From NCBI RefSeq assembly GCF_006345805.1, contig NC_043009.1, positions 58,466,001 through 58,530,000 of the forward strand: a stretch of DNA of 64,000 nucleotides, read 5' to 3'. The notes under the pieces are model-generated. The model was not told where the DNA came from. It worked only from the letters and a program-made list of their open reading frames with translations, and searched no databases. Positions 37,837 through 49,480 of the stretch are shown here, in pieces. A program made the position numbers and the translations under genes. Every line of letters begins with the position of its first letter. Within the stretch, counting starts at the first letter, position 1. This DNA is from Octopus sinensis. Lineage: Eukaryota.

Positions 37837-40075
37837 ACTAACGCACATGCGCAATTAGTCAGCTGCTTCCTGTTCAGCCAGAGTGGACGCGAGTCAATCA
37901 ACTCTGTCCAATTAAAGAAAAAAGACCAAAAACGGAAAGTTGTCGAGGTAAGTGATTTTGTTTATTGTGAGTTGGGCATAATTTATTGCGTGCCAATTAT
38001 TATTTCAGTAGGTTGTGTCCAACTCTGAGACAATTTCGCCTGCTCTCGGCGGCTGCCGTTTTTGTGTTCATTGAAAAAAAAAAAGGAAAAAACATTGGAG
38101 GGGCGTATCCTCAGAATTCAATACAGTTACTGTTAAAATTACCGTTGGCGGTAGCCAGTGTTGTGTTTGGGTTTGTTGAATTTATTCCCTTGTCAGAGTA
38201 CTTCGCAAGAAAATTATAAAAATAAGCCACTATTGGATTACCTTTCGGACCCATTTTTGTGGAGGTTGTGTTGCAGTTGCGGCGTTCCAGGTTCAACCCA
38301 GGTCGGGAGTACCGCAAGGCCAGATTATTTTTGCTGTGTTTTTTCTGTTTATTAACTTTCTTTTGAACTTCATTTAACCCCCCCTTTTGTTTTTTTTCTT
38401 TATTGCGACTTTCCGTTAATTTCTTCCCTTCTGTTGTGCTTTCTCCTTTTTGTTTTTTCAAAAATCTATCAAATTTTATTTGGACTTTTGAACTTTTTCT
38501 TCCTGCTTTTGAGTTTAATTTGAATATATTTTTAAAAAAACATGGCAATGAAAAATAACAAAATTTTGGAGTGGGAAATCATACCACCTAAAAAGTGGTT
38601 AAAAGACCGTGAAGATAGGACGGTGGTGTTGAGAACCTACTCCAAGGTGCTTGACACCATCGCCCTATTCGAAAAGACGGCAATTGAAAAGGAGTTGGAA
38701 GAGTATTTGCCAACAATTAAATTCATTTCCAGGGGTGTCAAATATGCAACGGTGTGGTTGCTATTGACACCCCTGAAGAGGCTTGCAAATTTGCTAGCAA
38801 ACCCTTGGAGGGTAAGGAAATCTTATTCCTACCCACGTACAAAAAAAAGAAATTGATGAAAGCTTGGATCTGCGGACTGCCACCCGACATAGAACCCGAG
38901 TGGATAGAGGAGACTATCCGCCGGGGTCTGGGTGACAGCGAAACTAAGCTCCTCAATGTAAAAGTTCTTCCTGCGGCTGCTTGGGTTGGGTCAAAAGCAA
39001 TTTTGACCCTGTGGACCCAATCAGCCAATCTGGTTCTTCCAGATTTTTTGAAAATGGCCGGGTGCAGGTACCCGGTGATGCTTGAGGGTCGCCCCCCTAA
39101 GTGTCATCGGTGCTTGGAGTCCGGCCACATAAAGAAGAACTGTCCTCGGGAACAAAATAGGATCCCGGAACAGTAAAACCCCTCTAGAAGAGGGAACGAT
39201 AACGGCCGAGAAAGCAGAGGACTCCTCAAACAGAGGCCGAAAGAGGAAGGTGACCAACAATGGGTGCTCACCAAAGGATAATAGGATGAGGAGAGGAAGG
39301 CGAATCTTCCAGCCACGGAGGAGACGCACCCTCCCTCAGTTGAAAAGGGAAAAAAAAGAAAAAGAGGAAGAAAAACGGGACATTACCGGCTGTCAGTGTA
39401 GCACCGGAATGTCGCGGAACTACGTCGGTTGGGGTTGTGCCACCGACAAGAGAAGGAATACCGTTGGCGGAAACTGTGCCGCCAACGAAAGAACTGAATG
39501 TATTGGTCCACTTCTATAGAGGAGGAGAAATTGAAAAAGTGATGGAAGAGCACTACAAGGGAGCACCTTTAGCCTTCACACAGGACCCCGAATGGCCTCC
39601 GCAGGTAGCTGCGGAGGCCGTGGCGTTCGACGTGACGCTAGGGCTAAAGGAGCTCAATGAAGATTATAACTTGGTCCCGGGCGACGCGAACTCGGAACTT
39701 GACTACGTTCTGAGGGGGGCGTGGTTGATGGTGGAGGGCGCGGGCACAAGCTATTTCGAGGACGATATGTATTATTAGTAATGGACTTAAGTCCAAAAAT
39801 TGAAAAATTGTAAGAGGATTAATACCTCGTTTTGTATTAATAATGGACTGCTAAGTCCAAAAATTGGAAAAATTGTAAGAGGTTTAATACCTCGTTTTGT
39901 GTTTATCTTTTTAAAAAGAACAATGTTTTAGAGAAGCAAAAGTCGGCGGGCGCTTTCTGTCTTCTCCCATCCTTATCATCTTTCTTTCATTATCATTCAC
40001 CTCATTAATGTCCTCGTCCAGCCCGCAAAGCTAACTTAATCTGTGTACTGCCTTTATGGCAAATGTTTTGAAATA
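37837..40075 (+). mobile_element. ORF1-only (gag-like) non-LTR-type element, copy 2, apparently full length (~2.24 kb)
   Basis: AAGTAGCTT duplicated at 37828-37836 and 40076-40084; ~700-nt leader; ORF1 remnant 38542-39778; ~300-nt 3' UTR with a ~62-bp tandem duplication; no RT or endonuclease. Confidence 0.85.
38542..39778 (+). pseudogene. LINE ORF1-like protein (CX2CX4HX4C knuckle) with uncharacterised C-terminal region
   Basis: MAMKNNKILEWEIIPPKKW..GVKYATV[fs]VVAIDTPEEA..VMLEGRPPKCHRCLESGHIKKNCP (knuckle 39102-39143), TAA at 39174, charged linker with frameshifts, then a 113-codon frame to TAG 39778. The V.LEGRPP-C-knuckle layout resembles L1/Tx1-clade ORF1p. Confidence 0.85.
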
Positions 40076-40451
40076 AAGTAGCTTGTTTACCAACCACATG
40101 GTTCCGGATTCAGTCCCACTGCGTGGCACCTTGGGCAAGTGTCTTCTACTATAGCCTCGGGCAGACCAAAGCCTTGTGAGTGGATTTGGTAGACGGAAAC
40201 TGAAAGAAGCCCGTTGTATATATGTATATATATATACGTGTGTGTGTTTGTGTGTCTGTGTTTGTCCCCCTAGCATTGCTTGACAACTGATACTAGTGTG
40301 TTTATGTCGGCAAAAGAGACCGATAGAATAAGTACTGGGCTTACAAAAGAATAGGTCCAGGGGTCGAGTTGCTTGATTAAAGGCGGTGCTCCAGCATGGC
40401 CGCAGTCAGATGACTGAAACAAGTAAAAGAGTAAAAGAGAGAGAGTAAAAG
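40076..40451 (+). mobile_element. SINE family A remainder (right piece)
   Basis: AAGTAGCTTGTTTACCAACCACATGG through the AAGAGTAAAAG tail. Confidence 0.9.
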
Positions 40452-40852
40452 TATATATACACACACAAATTACTATGTTTAAGATCACCTACTACAAATG
40501 TTTGTTTCAAAGTGGAAATTTTATATGTCATCGAATTAAATAATTTTAGGGAATAAACACATAGAATAACATATTGCATAAAGTTTGGTGAGTATTCTGT
40601 ATGGAATAACACAATTTATACATACTTTATATGCAAATAATCAAATTTCTTGATGGCAAGCCTATGTTGTCAAAATCATTTTAGCTCCACTTTTTGACAA
40701 CTTTGCAATTCATTTTGATTATTTACACACCTTGTGCGCTGTCGGTCGAGATAGCATCACTTAATGACTGCTTTAAATGCACTAAAGTTTCTTTCCAATC
40801 CAATTATTGAAAATAAGTAAAATTAGTGAAATTCCTACAAATTAATCTACAT

Positions 40853-41902
40853 ATAGGCAGGAATTTATCACCTGAAAAGAAACAAGGCATTGTCACATTA
40901 CGATGTTGAGGGGTGCTATAGTTTTCGAAAATCGTTAAAGTTTTCTACATTGCCGTTCGCTCCGCCATTGAAAGATATAAGGCAACAGGAAAAAATAAGA
41001 CAGAGATCGGTCAGGTCATCCAGAAGTGACTTCTATATCACAGGATATGTTCATAAGAGTCACTAGTCTGTGAAACAGGTGTTTGATAGCAATTGAAATC
41101 GCTGCACAAGTGAAGCCGGCGAAGCTAACGTGTCTCCTACAACTTAGGAGAGAAGATGCATTGCTGCCGGTCTAAATGGACGTTGTGCTGCCAGAAAACC
41201 ACTGCATCGATATGTGAACAAACGTATGTGACCCATATGAGCTAGAGAATACCAAACCTGGACCATTGGCAAATGGAAACAAGTTCTGATGAACTCTGGA
41301 CTGATGAATCAAAATTTGAAATCTGATACAGGTGCAGAGTTTATGAGCGGTGAAGAATTGGTGAACGGATGATTCCTGAGTGTAAAATTCCAGCTGTAAA
41401 GTATGGTGGGGGGAGTGTTATTATGTGGGGGTGTTTTGTAAACAATAGTGTCGAGGATATTCATCGGGTAATAGGCATATTGAACCAAAACGGTTATCAT
41501 TTTATCTTGAACCAAAACGGGTATCACTCTATCATGCCATTTTATCTGGGAGGAGGCTGATCGGTGATAATTTGCGGCTGATGCAAGATAACGATCCTAA
41601 ACATACTTGTAAGCTATGCAGAAACTATTTAAAGAAGAAAAAGGATAAAAAAAGACGGCCGTAATGAAATTACCAGACTAACCCCTCCCCGATTGCAATC
41701 CCATCGAAATTGCATGAGATGAAATGAATCGCAGAGTCAAAAACTGACCATCAAGTTGTGCAAAACCGTCTGGAGACTCTTAAAAGAGGAGTGTTACAAT
41801 ATTACCAGCGAATATTTCAATCCATTGGTCGAAGGAATACTCAGACTATGTTCCACAATCGTCAAATTCAACGCTAGATATTTCAATGAATCTATGACTT
41901 AG
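40853..41902 (+). pseudogene. Tc1-like (DD34E-type) transposase remnant
   Basis: Broken frames: RSGHPEVT, GLNGRCAARKP, WTDESKFE, KYGGGSVIMWGCF, MQDNDPKH, DCNPIE; start mutated to ATA. The element's right end is probably ~42086 at a (TA)n run. Confidence 0.9.
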
Positions 41903-42081
41903 AGTTTCTTTTTCTGACTTTTCACTGTTTTAATTGTTTGGTGAGTTAATCAAGTCATCCAATGAATCTATCTATACAGTAATAACATATTTCACCAGAA
42001 TCATGTCTGTTACTTCCATTTTGTAGATGTTTTGATGTTTTACCAAAATAAGTTTAAGAAATTTTAAAATTTTGGATAGTA

Positions 42082-42125
<44 letters not shown>

Positions 42126-42130
42126 AAGGG

Positions 42131-42469
42131 TTGGATTTCCTTTTCAAACAAGGTCAGAGCTTCACAATTAAAACTGGTTTCACTTGTGCCTCTGTGAGCC
42201 TAATTTATCTAATAACATGCTCGGGTTGCGGACACCACTATATTGGACAAACGAGCATGACCTTGAGAAAGAGAACCGCTCTACATAAAGAGCAAATCCG
42301 TTTGCCGCAACACGGGCACATTCCTCTCAGTGAACATATAAATAAATGTGCGGGTAACATCAAACCAAATTTCACAGTCTTCCATTTCTACCAGTGCAAA
42401 GACACAACCTCTCAACAAGAACGTTTAAATAAAGAAACTTTTTTCATTGAAAATACAAACAAGTCTTAA
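42131..42469 (+). pseudogene. GIY-YIG endonuclease fragment of a Penelope-like element
   Basis: LIYLITCSGCGHHYIGQT..LRKR..HK..HINKC..ETFFI: GIY-YIG motif with the Cys/His pattern typical of PLE endonucleases. Confidence 0.85.
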
Positions 42470-42770
42470 TATGCACGCATAAAAAACTTTTATCTTTTTA
42501 CATATTTCAGTTCACGATTACATCACTGTACATAAATCCACTACTAAACCAGGTTTTTGGAACTCGTCTCTGTCTGTACACATATATAATCCACACTCAT
42601 TATTGAAAGCTGAACAGTTATCTCCTTTACCCACAACAATAACAATAATAACGACAACCAATTACCTCCCATTACTTATCTACTTTTTAAGTCATTCACT
42701 CGGGAATTTCATCACACACAACATGGACAAAATTCTTCTTAAGAAAAGATATTCAAATAAATAAAACATA

Positions 42771-42805
42771 ATATCATGAATAGCGATAGCGAAAACGGTC
42801 GATAT
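42771..42805 (+). ncRNA. Degenerate minimal hammerhead in the PLE 3' region
   Basis: ATATC-ATGAATA-GC-GATA-GC-GAAAACGGTC-GATAT; stem I is intact, and three substitutions separate it from CTGAAGA..GAAACCGGTC. Lies ~300 nt downstream of the GIY-YIG frame. Confidence 0.4.
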
Positions 42806-43351
42806 ATTAAAAATTATATTAAAATTATGTAAATGTGCGTATTTTCCATTTTTAATTTCTTATATATATATATATTATATATATATATATTATATATATA
42901 TATATATATGTATATACATACATATATACATATATAATTGAATAGAGTCTATAGGAAGGAGTACATTTAGACAGCTATTTAATACATATGTTCTGATACA
43001 TGCTGGAATACTGCCTGCTATTTGGGAAGTCTAAACGTGAACGAGCTCTATTTTGTATTTTGTACTCTCATACGTTCCTAACGGAATGCACTTTAATTAT
43101 ATGTGTGTGTGCTTGTGTGTATGCATAAGTGTGCGTGTGTATGTATATATGTATGTATGCCTGTATATATGTTTGTATGTATGTATGTAAATAAAACTAC
43201 TTACACAATACCACTAACCAGACGCGTAAATCTTCAGACACAAATACTTGTGTTCGCAAAGGTATGTTACGCATACATACGTATATACCCATACACGCAA
43301 TCTCACAAAGATGTATGTATGTATGTATGTATGTTTGCACGATGTACACAC

Positions 43352-43393
<42 letters not shown>

Positions 43394-44094
43394 CCTAAGT
43401 TTATATCTATGTAAATGTTACTTTTACTATTTCGCATGTCCATGGTCATAGTTTAGACGAAATAGCAGGACACTAGTCACGTGGCCATTTGTTTAAACAA
43501 AATGCCATTTTTTATTGGATGCATACTGGTTTATTTTCAAAATGGCGTATCATACTTGTGTACAGTATTGATAAATTTACAGATAACCGAGCATTTTATG
43601 GGATAAAATGACATTTAATTGCTGTTAAATACTTGTTTTAAAGCAGAGTTGATCTATACGTTAGGATGAGTGGCTCCAATTCTTCTATACAAGGCGTCCT
43701 TCGCTGTAATTTTGTTTGAAGTGAATTTCTTTAAAGAAGAAATGTTGACTCTTTCTCTAGTAGTATTAAAAAATAAAGGAATATGCTATAATAAAGATAT
43801 TTTCAATAATGCTTAATTAAACACACAGACTTGAAGCATTGTTGCAAATATTTGCAAATATCATGAAGGCATAAAATTATTTCCAAGCCATTGGCAGTTT
43901 GAGAACGTTATATGGATTAACCGTTTGCAAATCATGCATTCTTTAGAAATGAATATTAACACCGGTATGTTCGCATCATTTCATTCTTAAACATTGCAAT
44001 GTATAGCATAAACCTTTTGTTTTAGGTGCATGCCTTTCTATGGTATTTATAGTCTTCCGTTTCAAACAAATTTATTACTATCCCTTCTTGAATT

Positions 44095-44553
44095 AAGGCG
44101 GTGTGCTTGAAGAATTGGTTCTACGTCAGACGAGTTGAATAACGGAATTTCGTTCATCTCTTAACTTTCTGAATTCACGTTTCACCGAGTTCGACTTTGC
44201 CTTTCTTTTTTTCGTGGTCGATATAATAAGAACCAAATATGCTCCGGCGTTGATGGAATCAACGAACCGCCACTCCTGAAATATCTTACATCGTAGCGAA
44301 ACTCGAAACCATCAACTCGCCCACTAACAGTCATCTCAACCACGTCAGATATACTGTTTTCCTCTCCGTCTTTTCAAAGGTTACTCCTGTCAGCTCCATG
44401 CTTTGTTGTTGGCGGAATTTGAACACTGTCGGCGGAATTTGAACACTGAACGTAAAGACAGATGAAATACCGCTAAGCATTTCACCCGGCGTGCAAACGA
44501 TTCCGCCAGGCCGCCGCCTTATGATAACAATAAAAATAATGATAATGATGATG

Positions 44554-44584
<31 letters not shown>

Positions 44585-44595
44585 TGATGATGATG

Positions 44596-44647
<52 letters not shown>

Positions 44648-45270
44648 CAACAACAAAAACAACATTCGCTTGACACAAAGCCAGCAATTTCGAAAGAAGG
44701 GCTTTATTAATTCCATCGATCTTGAGGGGGATGAAGAGTAAAGTCGACCTCGGTGGACTCAAAACTGAGAACGAATTGAGCCACAAGAAATGACCCAAAG
44801 AATACTGTGCGACGCGCTTACACCTCTGTCAGCTTTGTAATAATAAATAAATAATTTTCTTTCTTTTCTACTCTAAACACGGAGCCTCACAGCCTCACAT
44901 TTTGGGGCTGAGGGTTACTCGATCATCTCGTTCTTATTGCGCAAGTGGTACTTATTTTTTAGTGCTCGAAAGGATGAAAGGGAAAGTGGATCAAGAGCTG
45001 AAAATATGCCGCCAATCTTTTTGTCCGACGCACCAACGATTTCTTCCGCTTCAATACCTTAATAACAATATGATTAGTCTCAAAGTTTGACACAAGGCCA
45101 GCAATTACATCAACCCCTCAGTGCTCAACTGTTACTTATTTTATCGATCCTGAAGAGATGAAAGCAAAGTGAACACTTGTGGCATTTCAAAACAGAATAT
45201 AAAATCAAGAAGTAATGCCACTAAGCATTTTTATTCGCCGCAATAACAATTCTGTCAGCTCAATGCCTTA
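44095..45270. mobile_element. Cluster of ~5 degenerate family B SINE pieces in both orientations around an (AAT)n tract
   Basis: GTTCGACTTTGCCTTTC (+, ~44190), GCTAAGCATTTCACCCGGCGTGC (-, ~44480), AAAGTCGACCTCGGTGG (-, ~44745) and further pieces to 45270. Confidence 0.7.
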
Positions 45271-45300
45271 ATAATAACAGGAGGAGGAGGAGAAGGAGAA

Positions 45301-45633
45301 GACCTCCTTCCGTCATGAATGGCCATGGGTTTGCACCTCGAAAGTTACCCTTCCGAGGCATAAATCAGGGTAAGCCTGTTTGTGGAAGGCTAGCAGTCAC
45401 CCATGCATACCAGACTCCCCTCTCTGCGCCACTGATGTTATCCAAGGGAAAGGCAAAGGCCGATACAGCTTGGCACCAGTGATGTCGCAACTCATTTCTA
45501 CAGCTGAGTTAACTGGAGCATCGTGAAATAAAGTGTCTTGCTCTAGAACACAACACACAACCCAGTCCGGGAATCGAACTCACAACATCACGATCGTAAG
45601 TTCGACGCTCTAACCACTGAGCCATGCGCCTTC
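45301..45633 (-). mobile_element. SINE family C, full length
   Basis: Minus head AAGGCGCATGGCTCAGTGGTTAGAGCGTCGAACTTACGATCG; matches 31821-32156. Confidence 0.9.
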
Positions 45634-46440
45634 CTTAATAATAATAGTGTTAACAGATAGAGTGTCAAGCTTTTAGAATCGTTAGAATTTCTTGTGTATT
45701 ATAATGATGTTAGGAATATGCGCTTTTAACCGTTCAGACACAAGTTTATATATTCTTGCTTATCACGCCTTTAAACTTTCTGCTTTTGCTACTGAGACTA
45801 TCTTATATCAATTAGAAGCAGCTCGGATACACATTCACTTTCATATATTCCATTCTCAAATCTTCGTATATAATCTGACATGGCCACTGCGAAGCATCAC
45901 CTTGTATGTGGCTTATGACCTCCCTGAAATCTTTTGCACATGCGACCTTCTGCCTGCTCGTTTAATTGTGATCTTTGGAGTCGTTGTTTTCGTTTTATAT
46001 CCTTTATATTCTTTAATTATTATCCCTCTTGTAATCTAATGTCTACGTGCGGTTAACGTTGCATTCGAAGAAAATGTGGGTGGCAAATCTTCTTATGCTA
46101 AGTGTTTGTTATGTATTAAGTTTAGGCTCTTGTTTTAACGCGTTTATCAAATCCATGACGCAGAGAAGTTCTGCTAATAAGTTTTACGAAAAAGTTTGTC
46201 TTTATTCTAATAAAGAATAAACACTGGATTCACATCATGTTTTGGAGATATTCTCTAACATTCGTGAATAATCTTTTTTTTTTTATTATTTTTTATGTTT
46301 TTGCTTTTCTGCTTATTTTTTTCTCTTACGTGTTTCAGTTTAACACTCTGAAACTGTAACGTTCTGCCGGAAGTCATAAAGCATTAATTGCTTCCGTCTT
46401 GTTATTATTATCGTTATTATTTTGACGTTGGATCCTCTTT

Positions 46441-46569
46441 TTAGGATCTTTCCACTCGTCGGATATATTCCATTTGAATTAGTTCCTTTATTCCAGCGGA
46501 CTGAATCTTTTCACCTTCGTTAATCCCAAAATACTGCTTTCGATTGCTTTCATCTTCGGCTGAATTCAT
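46441..46569 (-). pseudogene. R4/Dong-like (R2 superfamily) RT fragment
   Basis: Minus: DESNRKQYFGINEGEKIQSAGIKELIQMEYIRRVERS resembles the YKYLGI.E...MKE.I..EY.RRVR block of these RTs (family knowledge). Confidence 0.55.
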
Positions 46570-47310
46570 TTGTCAGCGTTCATTGACTTAGTAAGCCCGT
46601 TATTAAGATACTGGCTCTGGCGAATTTGCTGAGCCTAAAACTCTATTCTCAGATCGTCTCTATTAAATTTCATAGTCAGTAATTGCGGATTCCAAAAGAT
46701 TTCCAGCCTGTCTCAGTTATATAACTGGCTGTTATTCTCAGTAAGTAGCTGGATATCGTCCCTCCAATCTCCTATCAACCTCCGATAGAATTCAGGACAT
46801 AACAAACGTGGTGACAGGAAATATTGTAATGTTCCCGTGTTTATATAGATTGCATTACATTGTAGGACACCTTAAGGAATTAGTACCACATTTATATTAC
46901 ATTTTCACATTGTACACACAATCCATATAAACTTATCATAATTAATATATCTCCAATAATTCAATGATCCTTGATTACACTTTCTAATGGACTTAGTATG
47001 CAGTATGTCAATTTATTTGCTTCGTCCAGAAAATTGCAGATATATTCCTTGTTTATAAGTAATAAAAGACTCTCTTTCCAAAGTTCTCCCCTTCTTCAGT
47101 TGGAACATTTTTTGTTTTCTGTCTAGATGTTGTAATATCTTCTAAGTTAGTGTCAATTGTAACACATAGGAGAAGCTTTAAAAAAGCTGATGACTGCCTG
47201 GCACATGTTAGGGTCATTCGTCACTAATCGGTTTATTTATCGGAGGACTTATCTTTACAGCTGCATGCGTAAATTTATTAAGGAGATTCGCCAGACCTTT
47301 TTTGGTTTGT

Positions 47311-47532
47311 CTCTTTTACTCTTTTACTCTTTTACTTGTTTCAGTCGTTTGACTGCGGCCATGCTGGAGCACCGCCTTTAGTCGAGCAAATCGACCCCGG
47401 GACTTATTCTTTGTAAGCCCAGTACTTATTCTATCGGTCTCTTTTTGCCGAACCGCTAAGTGACGGGGACGTAAACACACCAGCATCGGTTGTCAAGCAA
47501 TGCTAGGGGGACAAACACAGACACACAAACAT

Positions 47533-47573
<41 letters not shown>

Positions 47574-47739
47574 TACGACAGGCTTCTTTCAGTTTCCGTC
47601 TACCAAATCCACTCACAAGGCATTGGTCGGCCCGGGGCTATAGCAGAAGACATTTGCCCAAGATGCCACGCAGTGGGACTGAATCCGGAACCATGTGGTT
47701 GGTTAGGAAGCTACTTACCACACAGCCACTTCTGCGCCT
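47311..47739 (-). mobile_element. SINE family A, full length, well preserved
   Basis: Reverse complement matches 15471-15889; (CTTTTACT)n tail. Confidence 0.9.
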
Positions 47740-48526
47740 ATGTCTGTGCATTTTGCCGAGAAACATGGAAGTGCTTCGTCGAGGAGATTTCCAATTGTCT
47801 TCCATTGTATTCTTCACTACAATCTTTTCCAAATCTTTGTGGTGCTACGTAATTTAATTTTTCGTTTGCTCTACAGATTAGATCATTTGTGTTATACCAA
47901 ATTTCACTTCGAATATATTCTTCCAAAATATTTTCCATTGTATTTTGCGTTCTTTTTCCTTTCTTCAAAATGTGGTTGATTCTTACTTTTATTGTCTTGT
48001 TATTTAATTTCATTTAAGGACTGTAAATCCTCTTTCGAATCATTTTTATTTGCTTCAATTTTTCTAGAACCTGTATTCATTGGACATTAGTTTTTACTCT
48101 TTAATTATTATATATCCCATTATTCTACTTCACATGAAGTTTGCTTAGAATCTTAAACATCTAATTCACTTTGCGTTTTTGTCAGTTAACATCTGATGAA
48201 TTTCTGGTTTGCTTGCTCTCATTTCTACCTCTATCTTTTAACTTGCGATTTATCTTGCGTTTAATCCTTTGTTTCCAAACACAAACATTTTGGGTTCTTC
48301 CTCTTTCTTACCTGTATTCCTATTATTCTGTTTGTTTTATAGACACAGGTGTGTGAACAATTCAGTTTAAAGCTGTTATATATATTTTATTTACTTGTTC
48401 ACTAATTATGTCTGCATTTTGACGCACGATATTATGCTGTTCCTGGTTTGACATCTACTTTTCGTTTATTTCTGTTATTTTCTAAGTCAATGCATTTATT
48501 ATTCACTTCAATTGCACTAACGATTC

Positions 48527-48572
<46 letters not shown>

Positions 48573-48592
48573 TATTATTATTATTATTATTA

Positions 48593-48945
48593 TTGAGTGA
48601 GAGAGCAGTGCATGCCATCAAAGTGACACTGGGGTAAAATATACGAAGTCCAGCATACCCATCATGACTACACGTCTGATAAGGGTACACCAGGCACATG
48701 CATCACAACCATATGTGCGCGACATGGTGATCTCATATCAAGATAAACAGCACACGACCTTGCAGGTGGGGCCCAGTTAAAATTTTCTTCTGGTCGAGTA
48801 GCCCATCCGGCTCAAAAGGTCCCTGAATAAGGATTGTTTAAGGCTGTTGAATGAACCACGCCTGTTTCCAAACGTGAATTATCCAAACCTCAAAGAATTC
48901 CTTTCAACACATGACTATGATGCTCCCCCACTACTTCTGCTCATG
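48593..48945 (-). mobile_element. Retroposon 3'-end family embedded in (TAA)n
   Basis: Same family as 35385-35850; (TTA)n tracts on both sides (~48528-48592, ~48946-49025). Confidence 0.7.
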
Positions 48946-49026
<81 letters not shown>

Positions 49027-49480
49027 CTCCTGGAAGTCACAGATATGAGACAGTCTGGCCTTATTTACTATAACTTCCTCATTGTTCTGTTGTTTGTCCC
49101 AATTTGCTGTAACCCGTATTTATGTTGTGCTCTGTTGTTGCAGAGTGGATTTTGCAGCATTATTTAGCTATAGTATTTGTCTTTATATGTTTCTTTTGTC
49201 AAGCAAACTCCATTCATTTCTTATAAATGCCATGTCATAGGTTTAACAGTTTGAAGCCGCTCATTTGCAAGCGAACCAGGGGATTGCTATATTTGACAGG
49301 TTGGCAAACTTGATTCTCTGATATTAAATTGAGGGACTTGCTTGGTAAAATTATTATAGAATATAGACAGAAAGATGCGCTATCCGCTATACACAATAGC
49401 AAGCGTATGATCTGCACCGACAAACCAAAATGAAATTTATAGACGTCTACACGACTGCTAGAGAAATGACAAACTCGTTC

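Noticed and set aside
40455-40850. Left terminal inverted repeat of the Tc1-like element
   Set aside because: Only a weak match to the right end at ~42050-42086, so element boundaries were not called.
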